Of a stretch of DNA of 64,000 nucleotides, positions 55,539-63,796 are shown piece after piece. A program made the position numbers and the translations under genes. The notes below the pieces were generated by a model. The model saw only the letters and a list, made by a program, of their open reading frames with translations, was not told the DNA's origin and searched no databases. Location: the IMG/VR virus record IMGVR_UViG_3300025009_000094, positions 2,527 through 66,526 of that record; one strand, 5' to 3'. This DNA comes from a virus. Each line of letters starts with the position of its first letter. The first letter of the stretch is position 1.

Positions 55539-56381
55539 CCCTTCTTTTGTTTGAGTTGTTTTTGTTTCCGGTAATCATCAATATTTGCATAATCTGAACC
55601 GAGTAGGTCAAGGGCTTCTTGATGAGACAAGCCCATTTGTTTGCGCTGTGCTTCAAGCTCGGACGGTAATGCCGGCAATGTCCCTGCATCCCCTGTCGCA
55701 CTATCTGACTGAACAGTACGTTTTGGTTGAGCTTTCTTAACAATTGCCCTTTGCTCTGCTTCTCGTTTGAGCTGTTGTGCCCTTGCTTCTCCACCTATTG
55801 CCCAATATGCTTCTTTGGCTGTTGAACCAGTTCGAGTCATAAAGGCTTGAATCTCTTTCTCCGAACCCTTAATTCCGGCATAAAGGGGATCGTCCTTCAA
55901 TTCATTGATTTGCACTTTGACTCGGAGTTCATTAAGTTCGGCCTGTTGTTTCTTTTGGGCAATGTACCAAGCAGACTCTTCAGGCTTTTCGTACCCTTGG
56001 CTTTGCGCTTCCTTAGTCCATTCCTGTTCCTGAAATGCCTTTTCGATTGCGTCAGGGTCGCCACCAAGAGAGTCGATAATCCTTTGATGCTTGGCGTACT
56101 TTGCAATTGATTCTGCTTCGACTTGATCACGAATCTTCTTTTGTTCTCGCTCAAGGCGTTTTTGGAAGGCGTTTTTCTGCTCGGGAGGGAGTTCAGGAAT
56201 GTCGTCTTCAGTCGGTTCAATTGGTTCAGTCGGTTCTTCAATAGGATCAACTTCAATTGGTTCAGTCGGTTCATCTATGGGTTCAATAGGTTCAATTTCT
56301 AAATTTTGCACCCCGTCGTCAGGCACGTCTACGACCGTTTCAGCGAATTTCTGTAAGTTCATGGATAAAAGTCTTTTCATT
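55535..56381 (-). CDS. capsid scaffolding protein
   Basis: MNLQKFAE prohead-processing-type motif, acidic PIE repeats, coiled coil. Confidence 0.8.
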
Positions 56382-56490
56382 GTAATTCCTCCGTAATTTG
56401 ATGGCGGCATCCCATCATTTCGCCCGTCTCGTCTTTCCGAGTGTCAAAAATGGCATAATAAAAGAGCTATTACTAGCTCGTCAGTTGGCT

Positions 56491-56910
56491 TTATTTAACT
56501 ATTCGCCAATCTTCCGCGAGAATATCTGTTATGCTTGGAACCCAAGTATTGTACTTACCATCAACATTGAACAGTAAAAGGCAGTCATTATTCACCTGAA
56601 TGTTATCAGGAGTATAAAGTTTGCTTCTGGTAACGTGCATATTTTTGCCATTCCATCCTTCTCGGGCAATACAAAAACCTTTTCCAGTTGCCTCAACGGC
56701 TAAACCAAACGTCATGCCATCAATTTTGCGATATGCCTCGTCAAATGCTTCCTTTGGCGACCAACTAACGTAATCATCTGAATACTTAACGAGATATCCG
56801 TTTCTTTTTGGGTCTTCATTTTCAGGGATTATCCAACCCTTATAGTCGTTATAATCTCCTAGATTCATAGACTTGGCATCAATAATTTTTACACCGATAT
56901 ATTTTTCCAT
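56491..56910 (-). CDS. DUF2829/Tad2-like protein
   Basis: YVSWSPKEAF, MTFGLA...AREGWNGK, WVPSITDILAEDW. Confidence 0.8.
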   Translation of the reverse strand: MEKYIGVKIIDAKSMNLGDYNDYKGWIIPENEDPKRNGYLVKYSDDYVSWSPKEAFDEAYRKIDGMTFGLAVEATGKGFCIAREGWNGKNMHVTRSKLYTPDNIQVNNDCLLLFNVDGKYNTWVPSITDILAEDWRIVK

Positions 56911-56917
56911 TATTTAA

Positions 56918-57232
56918 TCATTCCTCTTCTTTCTCATTAAACATACTCTGGTTATCTTTAATCACCTGATAAAGATTTTCAGTGAATCCTGTCACGAAAT
57001 TCTCGTTAGAGCACATCTCATGCCCCATGTTATAGAGAATACCGTGAACAACTTCATGGAGAAGGGTAACAACCTTTTCTTCCTTCTCCAACTTTTCATA
57101 AAGATATATTTCGCGGTCTTCGTAGAATATCTTACCTAACAGATCTCCACCATTATCCCCTGTGCGGTGTTCGCTCTGCGTAATGGTGTAATTTCTCCAA
57201 CCTATCTTTACGGTTTCGGGGATATTTAGCAT
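56918..57232 (-). CDS. HExxH metallopeptidase-like protein
   Basis: TLLHEVVHGIL. Confidence 0.7.
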   Translation of the reverse strand: MLNIPETVKIGWRNYTITQSEHRTGDNGGDLLGKIFYEDREIYLYEKLEKEEKVVTLLHEVVHGILYNMGHEMCSNENFVTGFTENLYQVIKDNQSMFNEKEEE

Positions 57233-57354
57233 CCCTTACCACCCTTTTTCATAGGACCTTTCTTTGTTCCCTTGCCCTTCATTGGCATCATTCCACCCTT
57301 CATCATAGGGATGCCAATCATTGGTGGTTCCTTTTTGGTTGGTTTCTTTGCCAT
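57226..57354 (-). CDS. 42-aa basic K/G/M/P-rich peptide (not in ORF track)
   Basis: AAGGAGG RBS; MAKKPTKKEPPMIGIPMMKGGMMPMKGKGTKKGPMKKGGKGC. Confidence 0.55.
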   Translation of the reverse strand: MAKKPTKKEPPMIGIPMMKGGMMPMKGKGTKKGPMKKGGKGC

Positions 57355-57369
57355 GCAATTAGCCTCCTT

Positions 57370-57744
57370 TTATTTAATTAAATCCTGAAGAGCAATACCT
57401 TTGTTAGAAATTACCTGAACCGCCCTATCGTCCCATAATTCAATCATTCCATAATCTTTAGTACAGACAACCGGAAGAACCACCCCAATATGCTCCTTAC
57501 ACCAGTTCTCAATAACTTTTACCACTTCTCTCTTAGTCATTGGTTCGACATGGAAATCAACGTAATGAGGGTCATATGCCCTTGCTGTAAATATCTTCAC
57601 TATCTTTCCATCGGATAACCATTGCCTTACACGGTCAACCATTAATGGTATTGGTTTTCCAATATGGTTTTCACCTAGCCATCCATGATATTCAGCTAAA
57701 GTTCCGTCAAGGTCTACGCCAATCCAGCCTTTTATTTCTGACAT
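57370..57744 (-). CDS. HAD-family phosphatase (PNK-phosphatase-like)
   Basis: IGVDLDGTL, IFTAR, ELWDDRAV; start likely MSEIK. Confidence 0.8.
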   Translation of the reverse strand: MSEIKGWIGVDLDGTLAEYHGWLGENHIGKPIPLMVDRVRQWLSDGKIVKIFTARAYDPHYVDFHVEPMTKREVVKVIENWCKEHIGVVLPVVCTKDYGMIELWDDRAVQVISNKGIALQDLIK

Positions 57745-57745
57745 T

Positions 57746-58006
57746 TTACTTATACCCTCCATTTTTAAGATGATCTTTAATCCTAATCTTTTGCTCCGAA
57801 CCGCTATAACCACAGGTTGGACACGTAACTCCATGCTCTGAGTGAAAGGAAAGTCGCTCACAGCGGGGGCAGAGTGGTTGGCGTAGGGCACGTTGTCTCC
57901 AATCCCCAAACATCCCTTGTGTCCTCAAGAAACTCCCAATCAAAGGATCGCCACTTAACGAATGCAACCAATATTGTTCCTCCTGCGCTGTCATTTCGTT
58001 TGGCAT
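57746..58006 (-). CDS. Zn-ribbon hypothetical protein
   Basis: CPRCE...CPTCG; coupled to portal. Confidence 0.6.
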   Translation of the reverse strand: MPNEMTAQEEQYWLHSLSGDPLIGSFLRTQGMFGDWRQRALRQPLCPRCERLSFHSEHGVTCPTCGYSGSEQKIRIKDHLKNGGYK

Positions 58007-59883
58007 TATGCACCACCTCGCAATGAGGACATGATGTTTTGCATCTGCCCTTGTTGCCCATTCATATTATCGGTATTCGGAATAGGCATTTGACCAGGTA
58101 TCTGTCCCGGCATCGTAGGTTGTCCCGGCATGCCAGGCAATTGTGGTTGAGGAATATTTGCGTCATCATCCAACGGCAATCCAACTTCACCTCGTAAGTA
58201 TTCGCGGAATTCTTTCCATGTAATAACCGAACGACCATCAATGATCGCCTTGGATAATTCAACAACCGTCTGATACATAAACGCCTTATCACTTGGTAAG
58301 CCATTGCCCATAGATAAAGAGAGGTCTAGCTGTACCTCTCTTGTCATTTGATTTCCTTCTTCGTCCTCCAAGGGTTTGATAAAATGCTCCATCTCTGGAC
58401 CATCAAGCCCAAAAACAGGTTCATTATTCTCATCCAAAACAGGTCTTTGGTCAGGAATCATTTGAGGAACCACGCTCAATCTTGAGGGGTCATAGAATCT
58501 AAAATCAGGCTTCTCTCCCTCAATCCTAAACCACATTTCGGTATCCCAATTAGTTATTATCTCATCCATAAGGAGTTCAAGGACTTCACCCCATCCGGTC
58601 TTGAACATTTCAGCCTTATGGTTAACTCCTTTTTGGCCTTGCTGTTGGACAGCTATAATAGCACTTGCCGCCCTAACTGCTCCATAGGTTTGCTCAGTGG
58701 TTAAATCTGTTCTCCCTGATATAAGGTTAGCTTCCTGAAATCCCTTTTCACGCCTGTTGATGATGTCGGCAGAAACACCGGACGGTTCGACTATACGCCA
58801 AGCATTGATGTCTCTCATTGGTATCCTAAGCCCAGGCATGTTTGTCCACTTGCGATAATCAAAAGAACGTCCAGCCCCCATTCCTACAACAACTTGAGGA
58901 TTACCCATAAGGCGTGCTGTGATTCTTATGTTATCGTCCATCTCGTTAATGATGTCCTGAGTAGGAATAAGCATTTCAATGTCCGATTGGCCCCAAATCT
59001 GCCCTCTTTGGATGTAGCAAGGGATTAAGACGAAGGGGAAATGATCACGTCTGTTGACCTTTTTACCGTCCAGAACCTTCCTTGAATCTTCCAGCAGGAT
59101 ATGATTCGCTACATGTAGACAATAAGTAGAACCATCATTATCCTTCATGTAACACTCAAGGAGCAATGCCTTCTGACTAGTCGTTACTTCGGTTTCATCA
59201 GACCCTTGATCTTCGAATATTTCAGGATTATATGGAACAGATATTTCTCGTTGAACATATTTACCACGCTCCGGCCATTGCTTCCGGAACCATGATAGAG
59301 GCCTCGGCACAGCGTGAATCATGAACTCGCCTTCTTGGAGCAGGTGGGAACTCTGTACCTTGGGGTCGGGGAAGAAATTTGCAGGTGAAATTGGTTCAAC
59401 GATCGGTAGCCCTCTGCCACCTAAAGCGTCATGGTCGAAGTATACTTTCAGTATTGTTGTTCCTAGCTCTAAACGATCATGTTCAGACTGATTGAGCTTT
59501 AACTTAATACGGTTTCTGTTTAGCACGAACTCAAGCATATGCTTTGATTGTTCAGCTAATACATGGTCCGATGGCTCGTGACCTTTGGCTTCTACCGAAA
59601 TAGGTTTATCCACTAAGTCGGCAATCATCGCCTCTATAATGGAGTGAATGATATTCGTCACGCTCCCTGGGTCTATATCACTCTTCGGAGGATTCTGCCT
59701 ATTGTGCTTATAATCATCGCACTTTTTCCATATGTCGGGCTTTCTCAGTTGGTTTTTGGTATTATAAGAGGCTGTAAATAGCTCTTGTACTCGCATTGCT
59801 AGTTTCTTTTCTTCTTCGGATTGGATTAGCTCTTTAACGTCAGCATCAGTATCTATTATGTCAATTGGCTTGTCTCTGCTCAT
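58006..59883 (-). CDS. portal protein (P22-like podovirus type)
   Basis: 625 aa after terminase; NFFPDP, FPFV, QDIIN, AASAI, Q/P/M-rich tail. Confidence 0.8.
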   Translation of the reverse strand: MSRDKPIDIIDTDADVKELIQSEEEKKLAMRVQELFTASYNTKNQLRKPDIWKKCDDYKHNRQNPPKSDIDPGSVTNIIHSIIEAMIADLVDKPISVEAKGHEPSDHVLAEQSKHMLEFVLNRNRIKLKLNQSEHDRLELGTTILKVYFDHDALGGRGLPIVEPISPANFFPDPKVQSSHLLQEGEFMIHAVPRPLSWFRKQWPERGKYVQREISVPYNPEIFEDQGSDETEVTTSQKALLLECYMKDNDGSTYCLHVANHILLEDSRKVLDGKKVNRRDHFPFVLIPCYIQRGQIWGQSDIEMLIPTQDIINEMDDNIRITARLMGNPQVVVGMGAGRSFDYRKWTNMPGLRIPMRDINAWRIVEPSGVSADIINRREKGFQEANLISGRTDLTTEQTYGAVRAASAIIAVQQQGQKGVNHKAEMFKTGWGEVLELLMDEIITNWDTEMWFRIEGEKPDFRFYDPSRLSVVPQMIPDQRPVLDENNEPVFGLDGPEMEHFIKPLEDEEGNQMTREVQLDLSLSMGNGLPSDKAFMYQTVVELSKAIIDGRSVITWKEFREYLRGEVGLPLDDDANIPQPQLPGMPGQPTMPGQIPGQMPIPNTDNMNGQQGQMQNIMSSLRGGA

Positions 59884-59887
59884 TCAA

Positions 59888-60163
59888 TCACCTTCTTTCT
59901 GAGCTAAGAGGGTTCGACGGGTCCCATCCTTGCTTTTGTGGTTGATACCCTACTTTTTCCCTTTTGTCGTTATCGAGTTGATAATTTAGCTGTTCAATAG
60001 CCTCAGCCATTTCCTCGATTTGCTTTGTGGCTAGGTTGATACGAGTTTGGTTATCGGTAGAGGTTTTTAGGGTTATGCCGATGAATTTACCCCAATAAAA
60101 AGCCCCTGCTGTAATAGCAAGGGTTAGAGCTAGGCATATTGATATTGTTAAGGGAGTTGGCAT
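59888..60163 (-). CDS. small membrane-anchored protein
   Basis: N-terminal TM then coiled coil. Confidence 0.55.
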   Translation of the reverse strand: MPTPLTISICLALTLAITAGAFYWGKFIGITLKTSTDNQTRINLATKQIEEMAEAIEQLNYQLDNDKREKVGYQPQKQGWDPSNPLSSERR

Positions 60164-60475
60164 TTAAGCATCCCACCCTTTCATAAAGCTTCCTTCTTCG
60201 TCTTGCTCATCTTCTATCTCTGACCAGTGTTTTCCGTTTTGGTAGGAATGGTCATGCGGTGCAGGAGAGATATACCTTGGCGTTGCTGTGCCGATTTCCT
60301 GCTCTTTTAGCTCAGGCTTGGACATAATGTAATAACGCATTTCGTCTAATGAATTATGGACAATAAGACCACCGCAAATACTGAAATTGTGGTGTTCCTT
60401 AACTTCCATATTATAAACATCTTCAAGCCCACAAGGTTTAATTGACTTGATTTTTACACTTGTCACGGTGCCCAT
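60164..60475 (-). CDS. terminase C-fragment: split intein C-half (41 aa) + C-extein
   Basis: VKIKSI...DVYNMEV..HHNF...LIVHN|SLDEMRYY; GGAAGGGA RBS before ATG 60475 (track start 60499). Confidence 0.85.
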   Translation of the reverse strand: MGTVTSVKIKSIKPCGLEDVYNMEVKEHHNFSICGGLIVHNSLDEMRYYIMSKPELKEQEIGTATPRYISPAPHDHSYQNGKHWSEIEDEQDEEGSFMKGWDA

Positions 60476-60989
60476 ATGTGTAATCCCTTCCTTGCTCATT
60501 AAACCTTTTGCGTAGTTGTTTCATTTTACAGTTATCTCCGCAATACTTGCTTCTTAAAGGGAATGCAGTTTCGTATTCATTACCACAGACAGTACACTTC
60601 TTCGCTACTTTGTTTTTGTTCCTCTTTTCCCAATTGTTTTTTCCATGCTCACTATGCCACTTCCTACCCTCTTCTGATCCGTGCCATTCTTTTGCCGCCT
60701 CAATTCCGGCAGATTGAAACCTCTTTATATGCTCATCAGTAATGGCTTTACCATGCAACGATAAATGATCACTTCTTTCCTTTAACTCTAGGTTATCTAT
60801 CTCGTTATTGCTTTTGTCAGTATCCTTATGGTGGACATCGTAACCTTTTAATATTGGACCATTATAAAACTCCCATACGTAACAATGTAAGCGTGGGCGT
60901 CTGCTATTAATATTTTTACTGCAAAGATAATACCCAGTTTTTTCGTCCCTGTTAAACCTTAACCCATTAAACTCAACTATCTTTTCCGT
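60438..60989 (-). CDS. free-standing HNH endonuclease between the split intein halves (apparent ACG start)
   Basis: open frame upstream of track ORF: IVEFNGLRFNRDEKTGYY...RLHCYVWEFYNG...DVHHKDTDKSNNEIDNL...H; C-terminal CTVC..YC..C. Confidence 0.8.
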   Translation of the reverse strand, partial: TEKIVEFNGLRFNRDEKTGYYLCSKNINSRRPRLHCYVWEFYNGPILKGYDVHHKDTDKSNNEIDNLELKERSDHLSLHGKAITDEHIKRFQSAGIEAAKEWHGSEEGRKWHSEHGKNNWEKRNKNKVAKKCTVCGNEYETAFPLRSKYCGDNCKMKQLRKRFNEQGRDYTYGHRDKCKNQVN

Positions 60990-61010
60990 AAAATCACATC
61001 TTTTCGTGGC

Positions 61011-63515
61011 TTATTTATCGGATATGTCAATTATAGAATCATCCGCGGTTAACTCTTTTACCATCTTCCATCCATTAGGAGTTAATATAGGATGGGTATC
61101 GGTGGCTTTGAATTTTCTTCCATCCTCAGTTTCAATCTCGAAAACAGCAACATTCTTCTTGGTCATTCTGACATCGTGGAACGATGATGTGGTGGGATTA
61201 CCATTATTCAGATCATAACAATGAACAAATCCAACCTTGCCAACCAAGTCCTTTATGGTGATGTCTCCATGCAATGTATTGACTATTGTATCACCCGTTA
61301 AGCAGTGATCATTCTTCTTAATCGGCTCGTCTCCATCAGGCTTCCATCTATAAGACTTAATCTCCTTGATCATATTAACGCACGTTCTAAAGATAAATAG
61401 CTTAGGCTTACCCTTGGGCCATACTTCCGTTTGTGGGTGTGGCCTGAGCTTGAGGTATTGCTTAACTCTCTGAATTCCTGACCACTTATTCTTGTCTACA
61501 ACAGTGTCGGCCTCAATACCATGTTCAGTAAATAACTCTGCCACCGACTTCTCAGCCGCTAAAGTTTTCTGATTAGCTGCACTATCAAATAGGGCATCTA
61601 GATAGCCCTTATGTCTAGGCCAACCCAAACTATTAGCAATGGCATGTATGCGCTTAGAGTGCCATTCTATCGTCTCTCCTGCCTTGTAATGCTCTGCTAT
61701 AACATATATATTTCCTTCTCCATCATAGGCGTAGAAATGACAGGCTAGGGGGGCTGCAAGGCCAGGGTCGATACTTATGTTGTCATACCAGTCGAGAGGA
61801 ATTTGAATAGGGTCAATAACATGTATTTCCTCGTTGAACTCCTTATAAACCAAACCTGACATTGCAACGAACTTACCGTATTGGCGGGATTCCCTTTCTT
61901 CTTCAGTCATCGTTTCCATGAGGGATTTGATTTCATCAGGAGATAAGTGCGGATTATCAGCCCACTCCATGAGCCAGTACTTTACGTTGGGGTCGTTCAA
62001 TTCATTAATGTAGATTGTATCGTATATCCATGTTAGACCTTGCAATGGAGTCATTGTACCCCATATTTCGCCACGGGTATCAATAATCCGCATCTTGCAC
62101 TCATCGTATATCTCTTTTGGCGGTTCCTCGTCGAACCATATCCAGCCTTGGCTAGTACCCTGGAATTTAGCTCTGCCTTGATCGCATGACTTAAACCCTA
62201 TGGTGTGCCCATTCTTCAGGACAATAAAGTCAAGGATAGCATTTTCGGGGTCATCTTTTCGCCCTGACCTGACATGAATATCCGCTATTTCAGCTTTTGG
62301 TAGCCATTTAAGAACTTCCTTTTGAGCAACGTCACGCTGTACCTCGTTTGTAAGGGATACAACCCAGCCATTACTAGGTTTTTTGTCAGGCTTATGTGGA
62401 TGTGTACCCGTTGCCATCCATACCGCTTCTACAGCTCCACAGACCGTTTTTCCGGTATTGTGATGAATAACTCCATCCATGTAATAGTTCTCGTACTCAG
62501 GAACAGTAAAGTCCCATTTGTAATCTTTCCTATTAAGTGATATACTTATTACAACCGAAAAGTTTTTACTATTATGGGAGGAATTATCTAATGTCGAGGT
62601 GTAACAAATTGATTCTCTCGGATGAACAAGTATCTCAGATTCGCATATGGGTTGAGGTTGAGAAAAAGACTCTAAAGTGGGTTTCTGAACAAATTGGATG
62701 CGTGAATCAGAATGTGACAAAAATATGTCGCAAGCATGACATCCAGACGCAACGCACTGGTCCAAGGAGTGGAGAAGGTCATCCAAATTGGAAGGGCGGG
62801 CGTCAGTATGACAAACATGGTTACGTTCTAGTTTACGCGAAAGGTCATCCTCGCGCCCGCAAGCCTCGTTGTGCCTATACCTATGAACATATTCTTGTAA
62901 TGGAGAGACATCTTGGACGCTACTTGCTTCCCGGAGAGGTTGTTCATCATATAAATGGAGAAAATGGCGATAATCGAATTGAGAATCTTGAACTCTTTGA
63001 ATCAAACGCTCAACATTTGCGCCATGAATTAACTGGTCATACACCTCAATGGACCGAGGATGGTAAAGTTCGCATCCAACTTGGCATTGAGAAATCTGCT
63101 CGTATAAACCATTCGAGAGCAAAACACGATGATTTAGTGATGCTGTAAATTTACTGCCATCGCTTAGGGATATATCATACAAAGAATCTATATCATCATG
63201 ATGAAACGGTCTTAACGCTTTTGTAATAACAAGGGCGTTTTTCTTTTCGTCATATGCGTATACATGGAAATCTTCATTTATGTTTTGGACTTCCCTATAT
63301 TCTTTCATAATGGGATCGTATATTTTACTTTCCCCCGCTATGCAACGATTGCCCCCCCATACCCAGCGATTGCGATTAACAGACTTATGAAAATCCTCCT
63401 GCTTCTTATGGGGAATATAATAGCGAAGGGCTTCTTCTTTTCGCCTACGAGCTAGTTCTTGCCGGACAACCTCAAGGGAAGGGATATCCTTATTTGTTAG
63501 TTTTGGTTTAGCCAT
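61011..63515 (-). CDS. terminase large subunit N-fragment with cis intein and terminal N-intein
   Basis: GGNR|intein|TGKT Walker A, WFDEEPP Walker B, TMTPL, SIDPG, KKNDH|CL. Confidence 0.92.
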   Translation of the reverse strand: MAKPKLTNKDIPSLEVVRQELARRRKEEALRYYIPHKKQEDFHKSVNRNRWVWGGNRCIAGESKIYDPIMKEYREVQNINEDFHVYAYDEKKNALVITKALRPFHHDDIDSLYDISLSDGSKFTASLNHRVLLSNGLYEQISQCQVGCELYHPRSIEVYDQLIHGANVERLIQRVQDSQFDYRHFLHLYDEQPLREASSVQDVSPLQEYVHRYRHNEACGREDDLSRKLERNHVCHTDARPSNLDDLLHSLDQCVASGCHACDIFLSHSDSRIQFVQKPTLESFSQPQPICESEILVHPRESICYTSTLDNSSHNSKNFSVVISISLNRKDYKWDFTVPEYENYYMDGVIHHNTGKTVCGAVEAVWMATGTHPHKPDKKPSNGWVVSLTNEVQRDVAQKEVLKWLPKAEIADIHVRSGRKDDPENAILDFIVLKNGHTIGFKSCDQGRAKFQGTSQGWIWFDEEPPKEIYDECKMRIIDTRGEIWGTMTPLQGLTWIYDTIYINELNDPNVKYWLMEWADNPHLSPDEIKSLMETMTEEERESRQYGKFVAMSGLVYKEFNEEIHVIDPIQIPLDWYDNISIDPGLAAPLACHFYAYDGEGNIYVIAEHYKAGETIEWHSKRIHAIANSLGWPRHKGYLDALFDSAANQKTLAAEKSVAELFTEHGIEADTVVDKNKWSGIQRVKQYLKLRPHPQTEVWPKGKPKLFIFRTCVNMIKEIKSYRWKPDGDEPIKKNDHCLTGDTIVNTLHGDITIKDLVGKVGFVHCYDLNNGNPTTSSFHDVRMTKKNVAVFEIETEDGRKFKATDTHPILTPNGWKMVKELTADDSIIDISDK
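61014..61304 (-). other. split intein N-half (97 aa)
   Basis: CLTGDTIV block A, ATDTHPIL block B, then stop. Confidence 0.9.
62457..63344 (-). other. cis intein (296 aa) in terminase Walker A
   Basis: CIAGESKI block A, ASLNHRVL block B, WDFTVPEYENYYMDGVIHHN|T blocks F/G. Confidence 0.9.
62591..63148 (+). CDS. HNH homing endonuclease encoded antisense inside the intein
   Basis: GGGAGG RBS; HTH, HPNWKGG, HPRA...YEHILVME..LGR, EVVHHINGENGDNRIENL. Confidence 0.9.
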   Translation: MSRCNKLILSDEQVSQIRIWVEVEKKTLKWVSEQIGCVNQNVTKICRKHDIQTQRTGPRSGEGHPNWKGGRQYDKHGYVLVYAKGHPRARKPRCAYTYEHILVMERHLGRYLLPGEVVHHINGENGDNRIENLELFESNAQHLRHELTGHTPQWTEDGKVRIQLGIEKSARINHSRAKHDDLVML

Positions 63516-63699
63516 GATTACACCACTCTATCCAAGTTGGTATCCAGATCATTTCTCTACACTTACTACTCTCCCATCTTGTACATGAAGCACAGTTTGT
63601 TTTGTCGTAATGTTTATCTAGGGGGATGAATTGTTTACATGCTCTGTTTTCATTTGACATAATTTCACTCCTGAATAGCTTATCCTTAACCATTGGCAA
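63508..63699 (-). CDS. small Cys-rich hypothetical protein
   Basis: overlaps terminase start; CASCTRW. Confidence 0.45.
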   Translation of the reverse strand: MPMVKDKLFRSEIMSNENRACKQFIPLDKHYDKTNCASCTRWESSKCREMIWIPTWIEWCNHG

Positions 63700-63796
63700 T
63701 ACGTTTAACAGTACGTTTGTAGTATCATCGCCTGTCCTTAACGGTGGACATGGTTAAAATTGCTTATAATCAAGGGTTTGAGTTTGGAAGAAGGAA

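Noticed and set aside
19237-61013. Genome-wide stop-codon reassignment explaining the MTase TGA and terminase TAA
   Set aside because: TAA, TAG and TGA all end many ordinary genes here, and TGA read-through would not restore the MTase frame.
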